A stretch of DNA of 63,585 nucleotides, filler included, from Folioceros fuciformis (lineage: Eukaryota): the NCBI GenBank assembly GCA_049999805.1. It is 6 parts of 6 records of this genome, joined end to end, with 100 filler letters (N's around TTAATTAATTAA, not from the genome) between each part and the next. Parts side by side here need not be neighbours in the genome. Positions count along the whole stretch, not along the records: positions 1 to 15,487 come from JBNGIO010004551.1; 5 more parts are not named here. One strand, given 5' to 3'. The notes under the pieces were generated by a model. The model saw only the letters and a list, made by a program, of their open reading frames with translations. It had not been told where the DNA came from and made no database searches. Made by a program: the position numbers and the translations under genes. Shown piece by piece: positions 1-11,835 of the stretch (positions are counted from its first letter, which is position 1; each line of letters starts with the position of its first letter).

Positions 1-2935
1 AACGGATCTTCATTCACATTGAAGGATGTTAGGCATGTTCCGAAGTTGACAAAAAACATGATTAGCGCAGGGCAGTTGGATGACGCTGGCTACCATTGTT
101 GGTTTGGAGATGGTTCTTGGAAGATCTCCAAAGGTTCTCTTGTGTTAGCTTGTGGATCGAAGTGTGGCACTTTGTACTCACTTCAGGTAACCACTGTCAA
201 GGATCATGTGATGTGTGTAACAGAACAGCCAAGTGTTTCCTTGCGGCATAGTCGCTTAGGACATATGTCTCAAAAAGGAATGAAGATACTATCTTGTTTT
301 GGTTATGTCCCTGCTTTTGACTTCTTCGTTTTCTCCGTGTGTGAGCACTGTTTGTATGGGAAACAGACGAAGTCACCACATGGAGCATGAGGTAAACACA
401 AAAGTAAACCTCTTGAGTTGGTTCACAGTGACATTTGTGGACCTATGCCCACTGTATCGTTAGGCGGTTCATCTTATTTTGTCACTTTCATTCATGACTT
501 CTCACGCAAGGTGTGGGTTTATCCTTTGAGGAAAAAGGATGATGTTCTGACAGTGTTTCAGAAATTTGTCACCCTTGTGGAGAATCAGTCTGGCCTCCGG
601 CTAAAGTGTCTGAGGACAAACAATGGGGGAGAGTATGTCTCAAAGGCTTTCTAGTCATTCTGTGATTCCAAGGGAATCAAGAGAGAATTGATTGCGCCGT
701 ATAGTCCTCTCCAGAATGGTGTGGCCCAACAGATGAACAGGACCATCCAGGAGAGGATGCGTAGTTTGTTGTCAAACTCTGGATTGCCTAACGGATTTTG
801 GGGAAAAGCAGTGGTTATTGCGATGCATCTTATTAACAGATCTCCTAATAGGGCTGTGGATGAGCAGGTTCTAGATGAGATGTGGTCTGGAAAGAAGCCA
901 TCATACAAGCATCTACGAGTGTTTGGCTGCGAGGCATACTACCATGTTCAGAAGGAGTTTCGGGGGAAGTTGGCACCCAAGTCCAAGAAATGTATTTTTC
1001 TTGGCTATGGTGAATATGGTGAGATGGGATACCGTCTGTGGGATCCAGAGGCCAAAAGGATGGTTCACAGCAATGACGTGTTCTTCAATGAGACCAAGAT
1101 GCACAAGAAGCCTACTCCAACTGTGGAGGTGCGACGGGTGGTCTTTCAAGAAGATGGATTTGACCGTCCCGCGCAGGTTGAACGTCGTGATGTGCAGGAG
1201 CAAGTTCCTCCACTTGTACAAGAGGAGAGTGCAACCAGCTCCGGTCGAGGCGCCAGTGCTTTGTAGGTCATGAAGGATTTCACATCCTCCTGACAGGTAT
1301 GTTGCATCTCTTGATTATGTCATGCTGACAGATTGTGGGGAGCCCTCTTGTTATTAAGAGGCCATGTCAATGCCTGACAAGGACAAGTGGGAGAAGGCGA
1401 TGCAGTCGCAGATGGATTCGCTCCACAAGAACCAAACTTGGGAGTTGGTTCGGTTGCCTAAGGGCAAGAAGGCGTTGCCATGCAAATGGGTGTATAAGAT
1501 GAAGGACATACCCCATTATGACAAACCCAAGTACAAGGCCCGATTGGTTGCTAAGGGTTTTAAGCAACAGCAAGGTATTGACTTTGATAAGATTTTCTCA
1601 CCCGTTGTTAAAATGACCACCTTGCGATGTGTTCTTGGTCTGGTTGCGAGGCACGACAGGGAACTTGTCCAGATGGATGTGAAGTCGGCATTTTTGCATG
1701 GTGATCTCCAGGAAGAGGTATACATGCAGCAACCAGAAGGTTTCATTGAGAAGGGCAAAGAGAATCTAGTGTGTAGGTTAAAGAAGAGCCTTTATGGTTT
1801 GAAGCAGGCACCTAGGGAGTGGTTTTTCAAGTTCCACTCATTTATGCTTTCTCAAGGCTACAAGCGTAGCGATGAGGATCATTTCCTCTATACGAAGCAA
1901 GCTAAGGATGAAAGCTTGCTCATTCTGGTCCTCTATGTGGATGATATGCTAATTGCTGGGACTAACAGTGATGAGATTTCAGCATTGAAGTCAAAGTTGA
2001 ATGGTCGCTTTGACATGACAGACTTGGGAGAGGCAAGCCATATTCTTGGCATGCGTATTCGTCGAGACAGACAGAAGCGTTTGTTGTACTTGTCTCAGAC
2101 TGAATACATTAACAAGGTGCTTGAACGTTTCAATATGGAGAAGGGGAAGGTATTAAGTACTCCGTTGCCTCCATATGTGAAACTGTCGAGCAAGGATTGC
2201 CCAAGCTCTACGGAGAACAAAGCTGAAATGGAGAAGGTTCCATACTCATCAGCTGTAGGGAGTTTGATGTATGCAATGATTGCTACACGTCCTGACATTG
2301 CCTTTGCAATGGGAGTGGTTAGCAGGTTTATGTCAAACCCTAGTAGGAAGCATTGGGAGGCAGTGAAAGAAGTTATGAGGTACTTGAATGGTACGAAAGC
2401 TTTGTGCTTATGTTTTGGTAGTGAAGATGCATCTGTCGTGGGATATACGGATGCCGATTATACAGGGGATATGGACAAAAGAAGGTCCACATCAGGTTAC
2501 ATCTTCATGTGCATAGGAGGGGCAATCTCATGGCGATCTCGTTTGCAATCATGCATAACGCTATCTACCACAGAGGCCGAGTATGTTGCAGCGACTGAGG
2601 CATGCAAGGAAGCCATGTGGCTTCCTCGTCTAGTGGGAGATTGAGGGATCAAGGTTGCACTGCCAGTGTTGCATTGTGATAGCCAGAGTGCTATCCAATT
2701 GGCGAAGAATCCAGTGTTTCATGCGAAGACCAAACATGTGGAAGTGAAGTATCACTTTATTCGAGAGGTGCTGGAAGACAACAGGGTACAGCTTGTCAAA
2801 GTTCACACCAGTCAGAACCCTGCAGATGTTCTTACCAAGGGGCTCCCTACGGAGCAACTCACACAAGCTCGAACACTCATGGGCATGAGGTAGACCACTC
2901 TCCTATGAAGGTAAATTGGCCTTTAAGTGGGAGGT
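1..2935 (+). mobile_element. Ty1/copia retrotransposon pol (GAG-pre-integrase, integrase, RT, RNase H), decayed, 5' end outside window
   Basis: ORF pieces in copia order: H..LGH/C..C zinc motif, VHSDICGP...LRTNNGGEY integrase, KARLVAKGF/QMDVKSAFLHG/LYGLKQAPR/LYVDDMLI RT, YTDAD...EAEY...CDSQSA...KHVEVKYHFIRE RNase H. Several in-frame stops and a frameshift. PPT AAGTGGGAGG at ~2925-2934. Confidence 0.95.
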
Positions 2936-3318
2936 TGTAGGGTTATTAAAGCCCAATGTGCTTAGAATAATGTGTTTAGTTTAAGATTAGTGTCTAATTA
3001 AGTACTATTAGTTTAGATTAGCTTAACCTAATCTGTAGGAAGCTTCTTGCGCAGCTTCCTATGCACTTCTTGTGAAGCTTCCTAGGGAGCTCTTCTAGAG
3101 GGTATAAATACCTCCTTGAGCTCCCTTGCTATTGAGAGACTCTATTGTGAGGGTGGGTCTACAGAGACTCTACGGAGAAAAGTGGGTTTAGGGTTCTATA
3201 AACATTATGGAGCAAAATGGGTCTAGGGTTGAGCGGCTCAGAGTGGAGCTTATGGAGGGCATTATAGGGTTATGGGTTACAATGAGGAGTACAATTGTTT
3301 GGTCTTGATCATTTTACA
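2936..3318 (+). mobile_element. 3' LTR of the copia element
   Basis: Starts TGTAG immediately after the PPT, has TATAAATA at ~3103 and a probable end at ...TTTTACA (3318). The first ~200 nt match the LTRs at 26642-26966 and 28330-28574. The right boundary is approximate. Confidence 0.75.
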
Positions 3319-3342
3319 AGACTTTCTACACGCCTCTATCAC

Positions 3343-6232
3343 ATGGCGCGTGACACCCAGCCTTTACCTGTCAAGGACACCCCTTGCCCAGTGTGTTCTC
3401 AACTTTGCTCCGGGGTCAAGGGGGTGAAATGCCATATTGGTCACAAGCATAAGGACTTCGATAGGACCACTTGGGTGGCACAAGTGCGACTTGCTTCTTN
3501 NNNNNNNNNNNNNNNNNNNNNNNNNNNNNNNNNNNNNNNNNNNNNNNNNNNNNNNNNNNNNNNNNNNNNNNNNNNNNNNNNNNNNNNNNNNNNNNNNNNT
3601 TTTCCATGTCCTCGCCTCTTCCGACGTCTCCCTAGGCGCCTACATGATGATATTCGCCTTGCTTATCGTCTTCCCTTGGATCGCCTTGCTCGGGACCCGA
3701 GGGATGAGGGTGCTTGGATTTTGTTCCTTTTCCTACCTAGATGGTGCCTTCAACGCTTTAGGGGTGGTCCGTCAGGTCATAGGGAGGTGGCCTCTCGACT
3801 TCGCCGTTTTTGATCTGGAGATTGGCAAGCTCTTCAGGAGGAGGATTTACTAGCAGCAAAATCTCGATTGGAGTCAGCTAAGGTTGACAAGGTGTACCAT
3901 GACCCATTTAAAGCGTGTCTCAAGCGGTGTCTCATGTTGGGCAAGGATGGTGAATATGCTCGGGCTGCTAGAGCATTGCACCTAGAGCTGGCTGCATCTG
4001 GAACTGAGGACACCATTGCTGCACTTTGTGCCCTTCATCCAGAACCTCATGACACTATACCGCAAGATCTTCTTGACCACACGGTCGAGGAGCCTTTTTG
4101 CTTGGATAGTCTTGTTTTTGGGCATGCACTCCCTTGAGTTACATCCTCACTGGGTAGCTTTGTAGGTTAATATTGAGAATGCTTTCAACACGTCTCTAGG
4201 GTCGCCATCTTCTCGGAGCTCAAGAGTGCAGGAGGTCAATTGGCAAGTCTTATCCCTTTTGTTCGCTCCTTCTATGGCTCGCCATCCAAGCTCTACTACC
4301 AACATGGCCCGACTATTGAGGGGGTCTCAATTTTTGATTCAGCAATAGGCACAAGGCAAGGGGATCCGCTGGGGGTGCTCTTTTTGCAATGGCGCATTTT
4401 CATGCATTGTCCTCTACTGCCTTAGCATTTCGGGAATGCCTTTTCCCTTCTGTGGCTAATGACACTCATATTCTTGGGCAAGGAGTCACAGTCAAAGCAG
4501 CATTTGATTTCTTCTCATCAAAGCTCTCTAAGGTGGGGTTGTGGGTCAAGCTATCTAAATGCAGGGTTTGGTCCCCTTCAAGCATCACTTCCCCCCTTCA
4601 ATATTTGGGGGGGGATATCACCCCCTCGTAGGCACTTCGAGTCTTGGGTGTGCCTGTGGGACCTCCTGATTTTGTTCATAGGTTTGTGGATAAATCATTG
4701 GATGAAGATGAAGATTTGGCTCATATCACGGACCTCTCACAAATCGGTGATCCTCAAATTGCATTTGGTGTTCTTTCTTCTTGTTTTGCACAACGACCAG
4801 GTTATCTCACTAGAACTGTTACGCCTTCTCCATTTTTCTTATCAAGTCTCAGGAAGTTTGACAATCAAGATATGTAGGCTCTTGGGAACATCATAGGTCG
4901 GGCACCTTCGAGTGTGTTGTCGGTGATTTGGCTCGGAAGCAGGCTTCTTTGCCAATCGCCTTTGGAGGGGTTGGTCTTTTGGCCATGGAGGCCTCTATCC
5001 CAGCTGCCTTTCTCGGCAGCTGAGCCCTCTCAGCTCCAATTTTGGCCTCTCGTTTTTTGCTACAAGATTCCCTTGTTCTTGAAAGTTTTATTTCAGGTGT
5101 TGAGAAGGGCGTTTTCCCTTTACAGGTATCTCTTAGTCAAGCAAGGGATTCTCTACCTTTGGAGGCTCGTGAGGCTCTACCTCCTTTCATCTCCTTTTCA
5201 AGGGAAGGGTTGAAGGGTCTCCAAGCCTCCCTCTTAGAAAAACAATATGGCCAAGCACTAAGAGCCCTTCTTTCAGACTCATCCATCCATAGGTCTTCTC
5301 GAGCTCGTATTCGATCTTGTTCAGGTAAAGGAGAGGGCTCTTGGCTTTTAGCTCGACCTTGCATCCAGGCGTTTCGAATCGCACCAGCAACTTTCGCCAC
5401 CGCGATGAGATTTCGCTTAGGTTTGGCCCACCCCTTGGCTTTTTCTCTCTCTACATGCAGTTGTGGGGTTGCCATTGTCGATACAGGGTACCATTTGGCA
5501 CGTTGTCTCATTGAGGGGCACTGCATTGCCACTCATGATGCAGTTCGAGATGTCATGTTCTCAATGGCTAGGGAGTGTGGGTTTCTTCTGTATATGGAGC
5601 GTCCATATACTTTACACAATGGGGTGTCACTTAGAGCCGACCTTTTCTTCACTATGGGAGAACAGGTTTGTGTTGCTGATGTGGTTGTTACGGATCCCAC
5701 TAGGGATTCGATTTGTGAGCACGTCATCATCAACCCCCCTAGTTGGGCAGTAAAGGGTTGTGCAAGTGCTAAAGTCCATAAGTATTCTCCCTTGCAAGAC
5801 GGGCATACTTTCATCCCCCTTACTCTTGAGACTCATGGAGCTATGGGCAAGGACTTTTCAAGGTTTATCAAGGAGTGCGCCAAGGTTTATCAGAGCAATA
5901 GGAATGGTGTTCTCCCTCTTTCCTATGTGGTGGCCTTCTTTCGACAACGTGTATCCATTGCTTTGCAACGAGCATTGGCCAATGCAGTTTTTTGAACAAC
6001 AACAAGTGCAGGTCAAGCGGCTTCTTCGGCACCCATGGTAGGTAGGCCTTTTGTTATTCCACATCATGATATTTTGGGAGCAGTAGGTAGTTTTTGAAAA
6101 TGATATTCGCAGGGGAGAGTACCTGTTTTTGCCTTTGGCTCTAATGGGGTTGTTCATCCAATCTTTGGAGTAGATGGGACTTTCCATCTCAGTTTCAATC
6201 ATAGAAAATACTAATTCCCTTAAAAAAAAAAA
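3343..6232 (+). mobile_element. CRE-like (R2 group, REL-endonuclease) non-LTR retrotransposon, decayed
   Basis: N-terminal C2H2 finger CPVC...HIGHKH; RT motifs GTRQGDPLG and ANDTHILG (YxDD equivalent); C-terminal CSCG..H..C knuckle, then HDAVRD, RADL, ADVVVTDP, KxxKY, FIPLTLETHG, SIALQR (restriction-like endonuclease). A-run at ~6222-6232. Frameshifts and stops throughout. Confidence 0.8.
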
Positions 6233-6656
6233 TAGAAGCATGTTGCCAGTTGTTGCCTATTGTTGCCTATGGGTACTATCAATACAAGTTCCTATCCTAT
6301 TGATACAGCTTCATGTATGTACTTGGTGAGAATTTGCGGGTGCAGCTTTTGAATTTGTGGAAACAAGCACGACGGACTTGCAACTTGGCTTCAAACTACG
6401 AAGATTGTCCGGCATGAAACTTCTGGTGAGGATACTCCACATTGAAGAAGATGAACTGGCTTGGACTCCTATCACATTATGATCCTGCGAAGGCATTTGG
6501 AGGTTGTACTTTTCCAGCCATTCAGAAACGGAGTTCATACTTCCAACGAAAGGCGAACAAACCTTGACCCGAAGTCATGAAAGAGGAGGAGACGAATGGA
6601 AATACCTTGCTAAGAGATTTAAATTTGTAAACATGCACCTTTGGAGACAGAGAAGC

Positions 6657-6728
6657 TCCGTAATAGTCTAGTGGTTAGGATACCTGGCTTTCACCCAGGC
6701 GACCCGGGTTCGAGCCCCGGTTACGGAA
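6657..6728 (+). tRNA. tRNA-Glu (anticodon TTC)
   Basis: 72-nt cloverleaf: acceptor TCCGTAA/TTACGGA, anticodon arm CCTGG-CT-TTC-AC-CCAGG, T-loop GGTTCGAGCC. A T7 Pol III terminator follows at 6743-6749. Confidence 0.96.
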
Positions 6729-6859
6729 GACAAGTAAGATTATTTTTTTACAGTTGATATCGACCAAGAACACCTGGTTGTTCCCTCGCCGGGATTTGTC
6801 GGGCAACAATATCGAGTAGGTACACATGTACATGAAAGTAATGTTTGCGAAAGAATAAT

Positions 6860-9073
6860 CTAAGGCAGGGAAGTGAGCTGCCGCTGAGTGAGTCTAGCGT
6901 ACTGGCCATCCAGGGAGATGAGATCATCGTGGCTGCCCATCTCCACCACCTGGCCCTGGTGCATGACGATGATCCGATCGGCGGCTCTGATGGTGGACAG
7001 CCTATGGGCGATGACGAGGACCGTCCGCTTACGCTTGCCGCTCCCTCTCATGGCCACATCTAGGGCTTTCTGGACCAGGTGCTCGCTCTCAGAGTCGAGG
7101 GCGCTGGTGGCTTCATCCAGAATCAAAATTGTAGGCTCCCGAATGAGAGCCCTGGCGATGGCGATCCGCTGCTTCTGTCCGCCACTCAACCGGACGTTGT
7201 CCACTACAGTCCTATATCCATCCGGCAACGCCTGTATAAAATCGTGGGCGTTAGCCTGCTTGGCAGCTCTCTCGATATCTAGTTGCGTGACAGCAGCTCT
7301 GTCGCAGCCATAAGTTATGTTGCTAGCGATGTCCATGCTGAAGAGGCGAGGCTCCTGACTAACCACCCCCAACTGCTTCCTAAACCACTTGATGTCCAGA
7401 GCAGTGAGAGGCACCCCGTCGATGAGAATCTGGCCGTTGTGTGGCTCGTAGTGATGCAGCAGGAGGCCGATGAGGGTGCTCTTCCCGCTACCGCTCAGAC
7501 CCACAACCGCCACCAGCTCCCCGGGATAGATGGTGAAGTTGACGTTCCTGAGCACGGGGACCTGGGGCCGGGCCGGGTACCTGAAGGAAACGTCCTTGAA
7601 CTGAATGCACCCCTTCATATCCGGCAGCCGCACCCCAGCGTTGCCCTGCTCCTTGCACGGAGGCAAGTCCATGAGCTGGAAGACCTTCTCGCTGGCACCG
7701 ATGGCCTGCATCAAGGAGGCCCAGTGGTTCCCCACCCACCAGGTGGAGTGCACCACCCATTCCGAATACAAGATGAACTTGGTCAGCTGCTCGGCATTGA
7801 TGAGCCCCTTCATCACAAACCCGCCTCCCAGCACCAGCGCCACCACCTGCGTCGCATTGTACAAGGTATTGGAGCTCCAGGTCCACAGCCCGTAGGCCAC
7901 GTTCTGGCGCAGGTTGATGTCCTCCAGCTTCTGCGACCACTTGCTGTACCTCTCCAGCTCCTCCCGCTCCGTGCCGAACGTCCTCACAACCCTAGCCAGG
8001 GACAAGGCCTCCTCAGCCACCTCGTTGGCGGAGGCCATGGTGTCCTGAGCCGCCTTGGCCGCATTCCTCTGGTAGTGGCCGTAGAACATCATGAAAGACC
8101 ACATGAGGAGGCAGATGCTGAAGGTGGACAGCGCCAGCTGCCACGACAGGCTGGTGAGGTACACCAGTGACCCGATCCCCTGCAGCGCGTTCCTGAACAT
8201 GATGTTGAGGTCATTCCCGATGATCTTGGACACCTGCTGGCAGTCGGAGCCCAGCCGGCTGGTGAGCGACCCCACCGCCTCCGTGTCGAAGAAGGCTATC
8301 TCCTGGCTGAAGAGCGTGCCGTACAGCCTCTCCCGGATCCTCCTCACCAGTATCTGGTTGGCAATCCCGAAACACGCCCCCCGCAGCCCGCTGAAGAGCC
8401 CGTAGGTGCAGCTTAGCAGGGCCAGCAGCTGAGCGTTCCTCCTGAACTGCGCCACCGACCCGCTCTGCGCCGAGAAGATGGTGGCTGCCACGAAGTGCGG
8501 GATGGAGATCTCCGACAAGGCCGCCACCACCAGAGACGCCGACGCGGTGGCAATCAGCACCTTGTCCGGGGCGATGAAAACCCACAGCCTCTTCATAGCC
8601 AGCACCAAACTCACGCGCTTCTGCTCCGCCTCCTCGTCCCTCTCCTCCCCGAGCTCCCCCACCTTCCACCACCCTCCGTNNNNNNNNNNNNNNNNNNNNN
8701 NNNNNNNNNNNNNNNNNNNNNNNNNNNNNNNNNNNNNNNNNNNNNNNNNNNNNNNNNNNNNNNNNNNNNNNNNNNNNNNCCCCGCACCAACCCCCACAAG
8801 CCGCGATCTCCCGCATTGCTGCTGCTGCTGCTGCTCTGGCTGCTGCTGCTCTGGCTGCTGCCCTTTCCTGCAATTCCCGCACAACCCATTCCCGTGGGGC
8901 GAGGCTCGGATGTTGCACGACACCACCATCCGCCATTTCACCTTCTTCCCCACGGCCACCCCGACGACGCCCAGTCTGGAGTCCAAGGCGAGCATGCGGG
9001 CAGCGCCACGGGGGGCGAGCTTGGACGCCGAGCGCGGCCACGAGAGCACCGCATCGTGCACCGGCGCCCCCAT
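6860..9073 (-). CDS. ABCB26: ABCB half-transporter, ABCB26/TAP1-like, probably plastid-targeted; single exon
   Basis: ABC transmembrane domain (FFD...GSLTSRLGSDCQQVS) plus NBD with Walker A GLSGSGKST, Q-loop SQEP, LSGGQKQRIAIARA, ILDEATSALD and IAHRLST. Low-complexity transit-peptide-like N-terminus. The frame across the 100-N gap (8680-8779) and the start codon (ATG 9073) are uncertain. Confidence 0.85.
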   Translation of the reverse strand: MGAPVHDAVLSWPRSASKLAPRGAARMLALDSRLGVVGVAVGKKVKWRMVVSCNIRASPHGNGLCGNCRKGQQPEQQQPEQQQQQQCGRSRLVGVGAGXXXXXXXXXXXXXXXXXXXXXXXXXXXXXXXXXXGGWWKVGELGEERDEEAEQKRVSLVLAMKRLWVFIAPDKVLIATASASLVVAALSEISIPHFVAATIFSAQSGSVAQFRRNAQLLALLSCTYGLFSGLRGACFGIANQILVRRIRERLYGTLFSQEIAFFDTEAVGSLTSRLGSDCQQVSKIIGNDLNIMFRNALQGIGSLVYLTSLSWQLALSTFSICLLMWSFMMFYGHYQRNAAKAAQDTMASANEVAEEALSLARVVRTFGTEREELERYSKWSQKLEDINLRQNVAYGLWTWSSNTLYNATQVVALVLGGGFVMKGLINAEQLTKFILYSEWVVHSTWWVGNHWASLMQAIGASEKVFQLMDLPPCKEQGNAGVRLPDMKGCIQFKDVSFRYPARPQVPVLRNVNFTIYPGELVAVVGLSGSGKSTLIGLLLHHYEPHNGQILIDGVPLTALDIKWFRKQLGVVSQEPRLFSMDIASNITYGCDRAAVTQLDIERAAKQANAHDFIQALPDGYRTVVDNVRLSGGQKQRIAIARALIREPTILILDEATSALDSESEHLVQKALDVAMRGSGKRKRTVLVIAHRLSTIRAADRIIVMHQGQVVEMGSHDDLISLDGQYARLTQRQLTSLP

Positions 9074-9867
9074 CCCCACCACAGGCAGGCCTGGCTACCT
9101 GCCGGCCACTCTACTCCTCTTGCCTTCCTCAGCCCCGGGGTCGGCCATCACAAGACACCTCTGGGAACGCACCTCACCCGCCCATCCGCCGGCATTACGC
9201 CACCTGTGAATCTCCAATTGCAGATGCAGCAGGAAGCCAAGCCTTCTTCACCAACACCCTTCTTCCCTGCTTGATTGAGAGTACGTCCCAGTCCGAGTCC
9301 GGGTCCAGGAGGGAAGGAGTCGGGGACAGCGCACAAGGCAACCCGCCGGGCCAACCTCTGTCAGACGCGTGGTGTGTGACTGAGAAAGATGCAATGGTGT
9401 GGTCTGGTCTGGACTAGTCTGGGCCTGCCCTCGCCTGGCCCAGCCCCGGGATACCTCAAGATCTTCAAGCCTCTTATTTATCGAACCCATCGTATCCCAA
9501 ATAGCCCCGTCCCCCCTTGCCTTTTCCACATCCCGCCCACCTCAACCACCCTCCACTTCATGGCTTGACCTATCCCCGTCTGGTCCACTCCCTTTCCATC
9601 ATCTTCACTCGCTTACCTTTACCTTGTGGACTCTAACACAATTCCAGATCTGCTTCACCCTCCAAGTAACACGCTGGGTCAGGTCACCAAAGCATAGGTG
9701 AACACACATATCTTAACATAACAGATTGCTAATTCTATGATTAAACTACCCATTTTAAAGTTTCTCTTCAATTTAAGAACACTGCTGAACAACACAACAA
9801 CACAAAGCATGAAGGGATTAATGGCATTGGCATTAGAAATAGTAGCCTCCAAAACACTGTGCAGAAC

Positions 9868-9977
9868 ATGAATATGCTTACGGCACTCATTCTCTACTCA
9901 TAATAACATCTCTTTGAAAGCAATGAATATGCTTACGGCTCTCATTCTCTACTCATAATAGCATCTCTTTGAAAGCA
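9868..9977. repeat. Two-copy ~55-bp tandem duplication
   Basis: ATGAATATGCTTACGG...CATCTCTTTGAAAGCA occurs twice back to back. Confidence 0.85.
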
Positions 9978-10290
9978 AGGTTCAGAAGCTTTCTTATCAA
10001 GTCCTTTGCATCTTGTTGCTCCGCACCACTATCCTCTTCTATATTGCAATAGCATAGCAACAAACATTCACAAGGGAGCAAGACACTAAAACAAAATCCT
10101 CTTCTACATTGTTGTGACATAGCAAGAAACAGTCACAGAGGACCAAGACACTCAAACAAAACAACAGAAGCATGACCTCATTGCAACAAATTCAAATCAC
10201 AATCAAGCTCCTCTTGGCCACTCCTCTTCAAGAGGCTATGATCAACATGGCAATTGTAGCCTTGGTCAAGATCAAATAATTGAACATAGC

Positions 10291-10427
10291 CAAGTTGCAA
10301 GAGGCCAAGCTGAGTTGCAAGAGACCAAGCCGAGTTGCAAGAGACCAAGCCGAGTTGCAGGAGACCAAGCCGAGTTGCAAGAGATCAAGCCGAGTTGCAG
10401 GAGACCAAGCCGAGTTGTAGGAGGCCA
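10291..10427. repeat. 20-bp minisatellite (~6.5 copies)
   Basis: Unit GAGTTGCA(A/G)GAGACCAAGCC, flanked by a ~50-bp direct repeat at ~10241-10290 and ~10443-10492. Confidence 0.9.
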
Positions 10428-11835
10428 CTTCTCTTGGCCATGTTCAACATGGCAATTGGAGCCTTGTTGAAGATCAAATAATTGAATATAGTTGAGTCGC
10501 ATAGACTCATTGCAGCCACTAGGTTGCAGGCTCACAACAACCACTACCTCTTAGGTGGCACCAAAATCATCCCGATGAGCGCATTTTGGCTTATCCTCCA
10601 AGTTTCTCATTGCAAGATTGGAGAAGGTTTCATCTTCATTAAGCAACTAAACTTTTTCTTTGACAAATAACCAGCCTGAGTGAAAAGCAAGGAAGACTGG
10701 CAATTCATCCACACCATCTCCCTTCGCATCTCATCCAATTTGGCTACAACTTGGCTTTTCTTTTTATGGTCTATGATCATAGAATGTTTTGTATATTCAA
10801 TATTTAGAGAATAGATATATATATGTACTTTTTAATATTCATTAATTTTAATATATTATACCAAATAAGCCCTAAGATATGGAATAATATTATATAAAAT
10901 TTAGTATATGATACTAATACTGTGTGAAACTGAGTTCTGTGTACCGCACCTCACATACGAGTGTAGAAATGTGGGATTGTGCTACGTCCCTAAGTTTTCG
11001 GCCTGTGACGTGAACTACTAACATGAGCTGAAAGCTTCCTACACTATTCAAGCGCGTCTACGTACCGTGTCCATACGTACATATGAGAACCACGCTTTCG
11101 TGAAGCGTGAGTGGGTATTTATTTCGGCCCGGGACAGCCTTGGAGTCATAAGCTTCGAAACGAGAATTATTGCATTTGCTTGTGCAGCTCACCGTCTCGC
11201 TCGCTGTTGGGTGCAGTGAGTGTTCTCGCGGAGCAAGCCTCGGTTGCCTCGGCTCAGAAGCTGCCGCCGAGCTCCGGGCGTGTAGGAACGCTTGGCTGAA
11301 GGGGTTGGTTGCAAATCCGGTTTCCCAGGCGTGTCAGGAACATTTGTTAGACTTGTGGCGGCATTCGGAAGCTACGAGCCATCAGAGTAATGGCATAAGG
11401 CGACATTGCGTCCAATCCATCTGAACCTAGCACGTAGAACATCCTTTTGGTCACTGTGCTGGAGGTAGTTGACGATAAGCAGGTGTAGAAACCTGGCCCC
11501 GCGTTACAGCTGCGGGTACGCCTTACGAGTAATCTCTACGGTGACCTAGGACATCTTCCTGTGGACCGGCTTCGAGGACGAAACCATTGCCTCGTGCTGT
11601 AAGGAAGGACAAGTTCTCCTCTTCGTAGCACAAGAGTGCCAATTTCAGCTCAGAGCTGGTGCATAAGGACCTTCCCGTCAACCCTAAGGTTCTAGAGGCG
11701 TACAACAGTTGCGCATCCACTGGCTTGAGAAACGAAAGTTTCTGTTGTGATTCTCGGCCCGTCTTTACGAGCTTCTGCATCCAAGACTGCTCTATCGTGG
11801 CTCATCGAAACCCTTGCCAACACAATTTTGACACC

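Noticed and set aside
6888-9274. Long antisense and alternate-frame ORFs over the ABC gene
   Set aside because: These are shadow ORFs expected from high GC3; they have no recognisable motifs.
10291-10427. CRISPR-like array
   Set aside because: Units are head-to-tail with no unique spacers, there are no cas genes, and the context is eukaryotic. The same applies to the 40-bp and 54-bp arrays.
11100-11790. Possible small minus-strand gene upstream of ARP5
   Set aside because: Splice-like signals exist, but I could not build a convincing reading frame or recognise a product.
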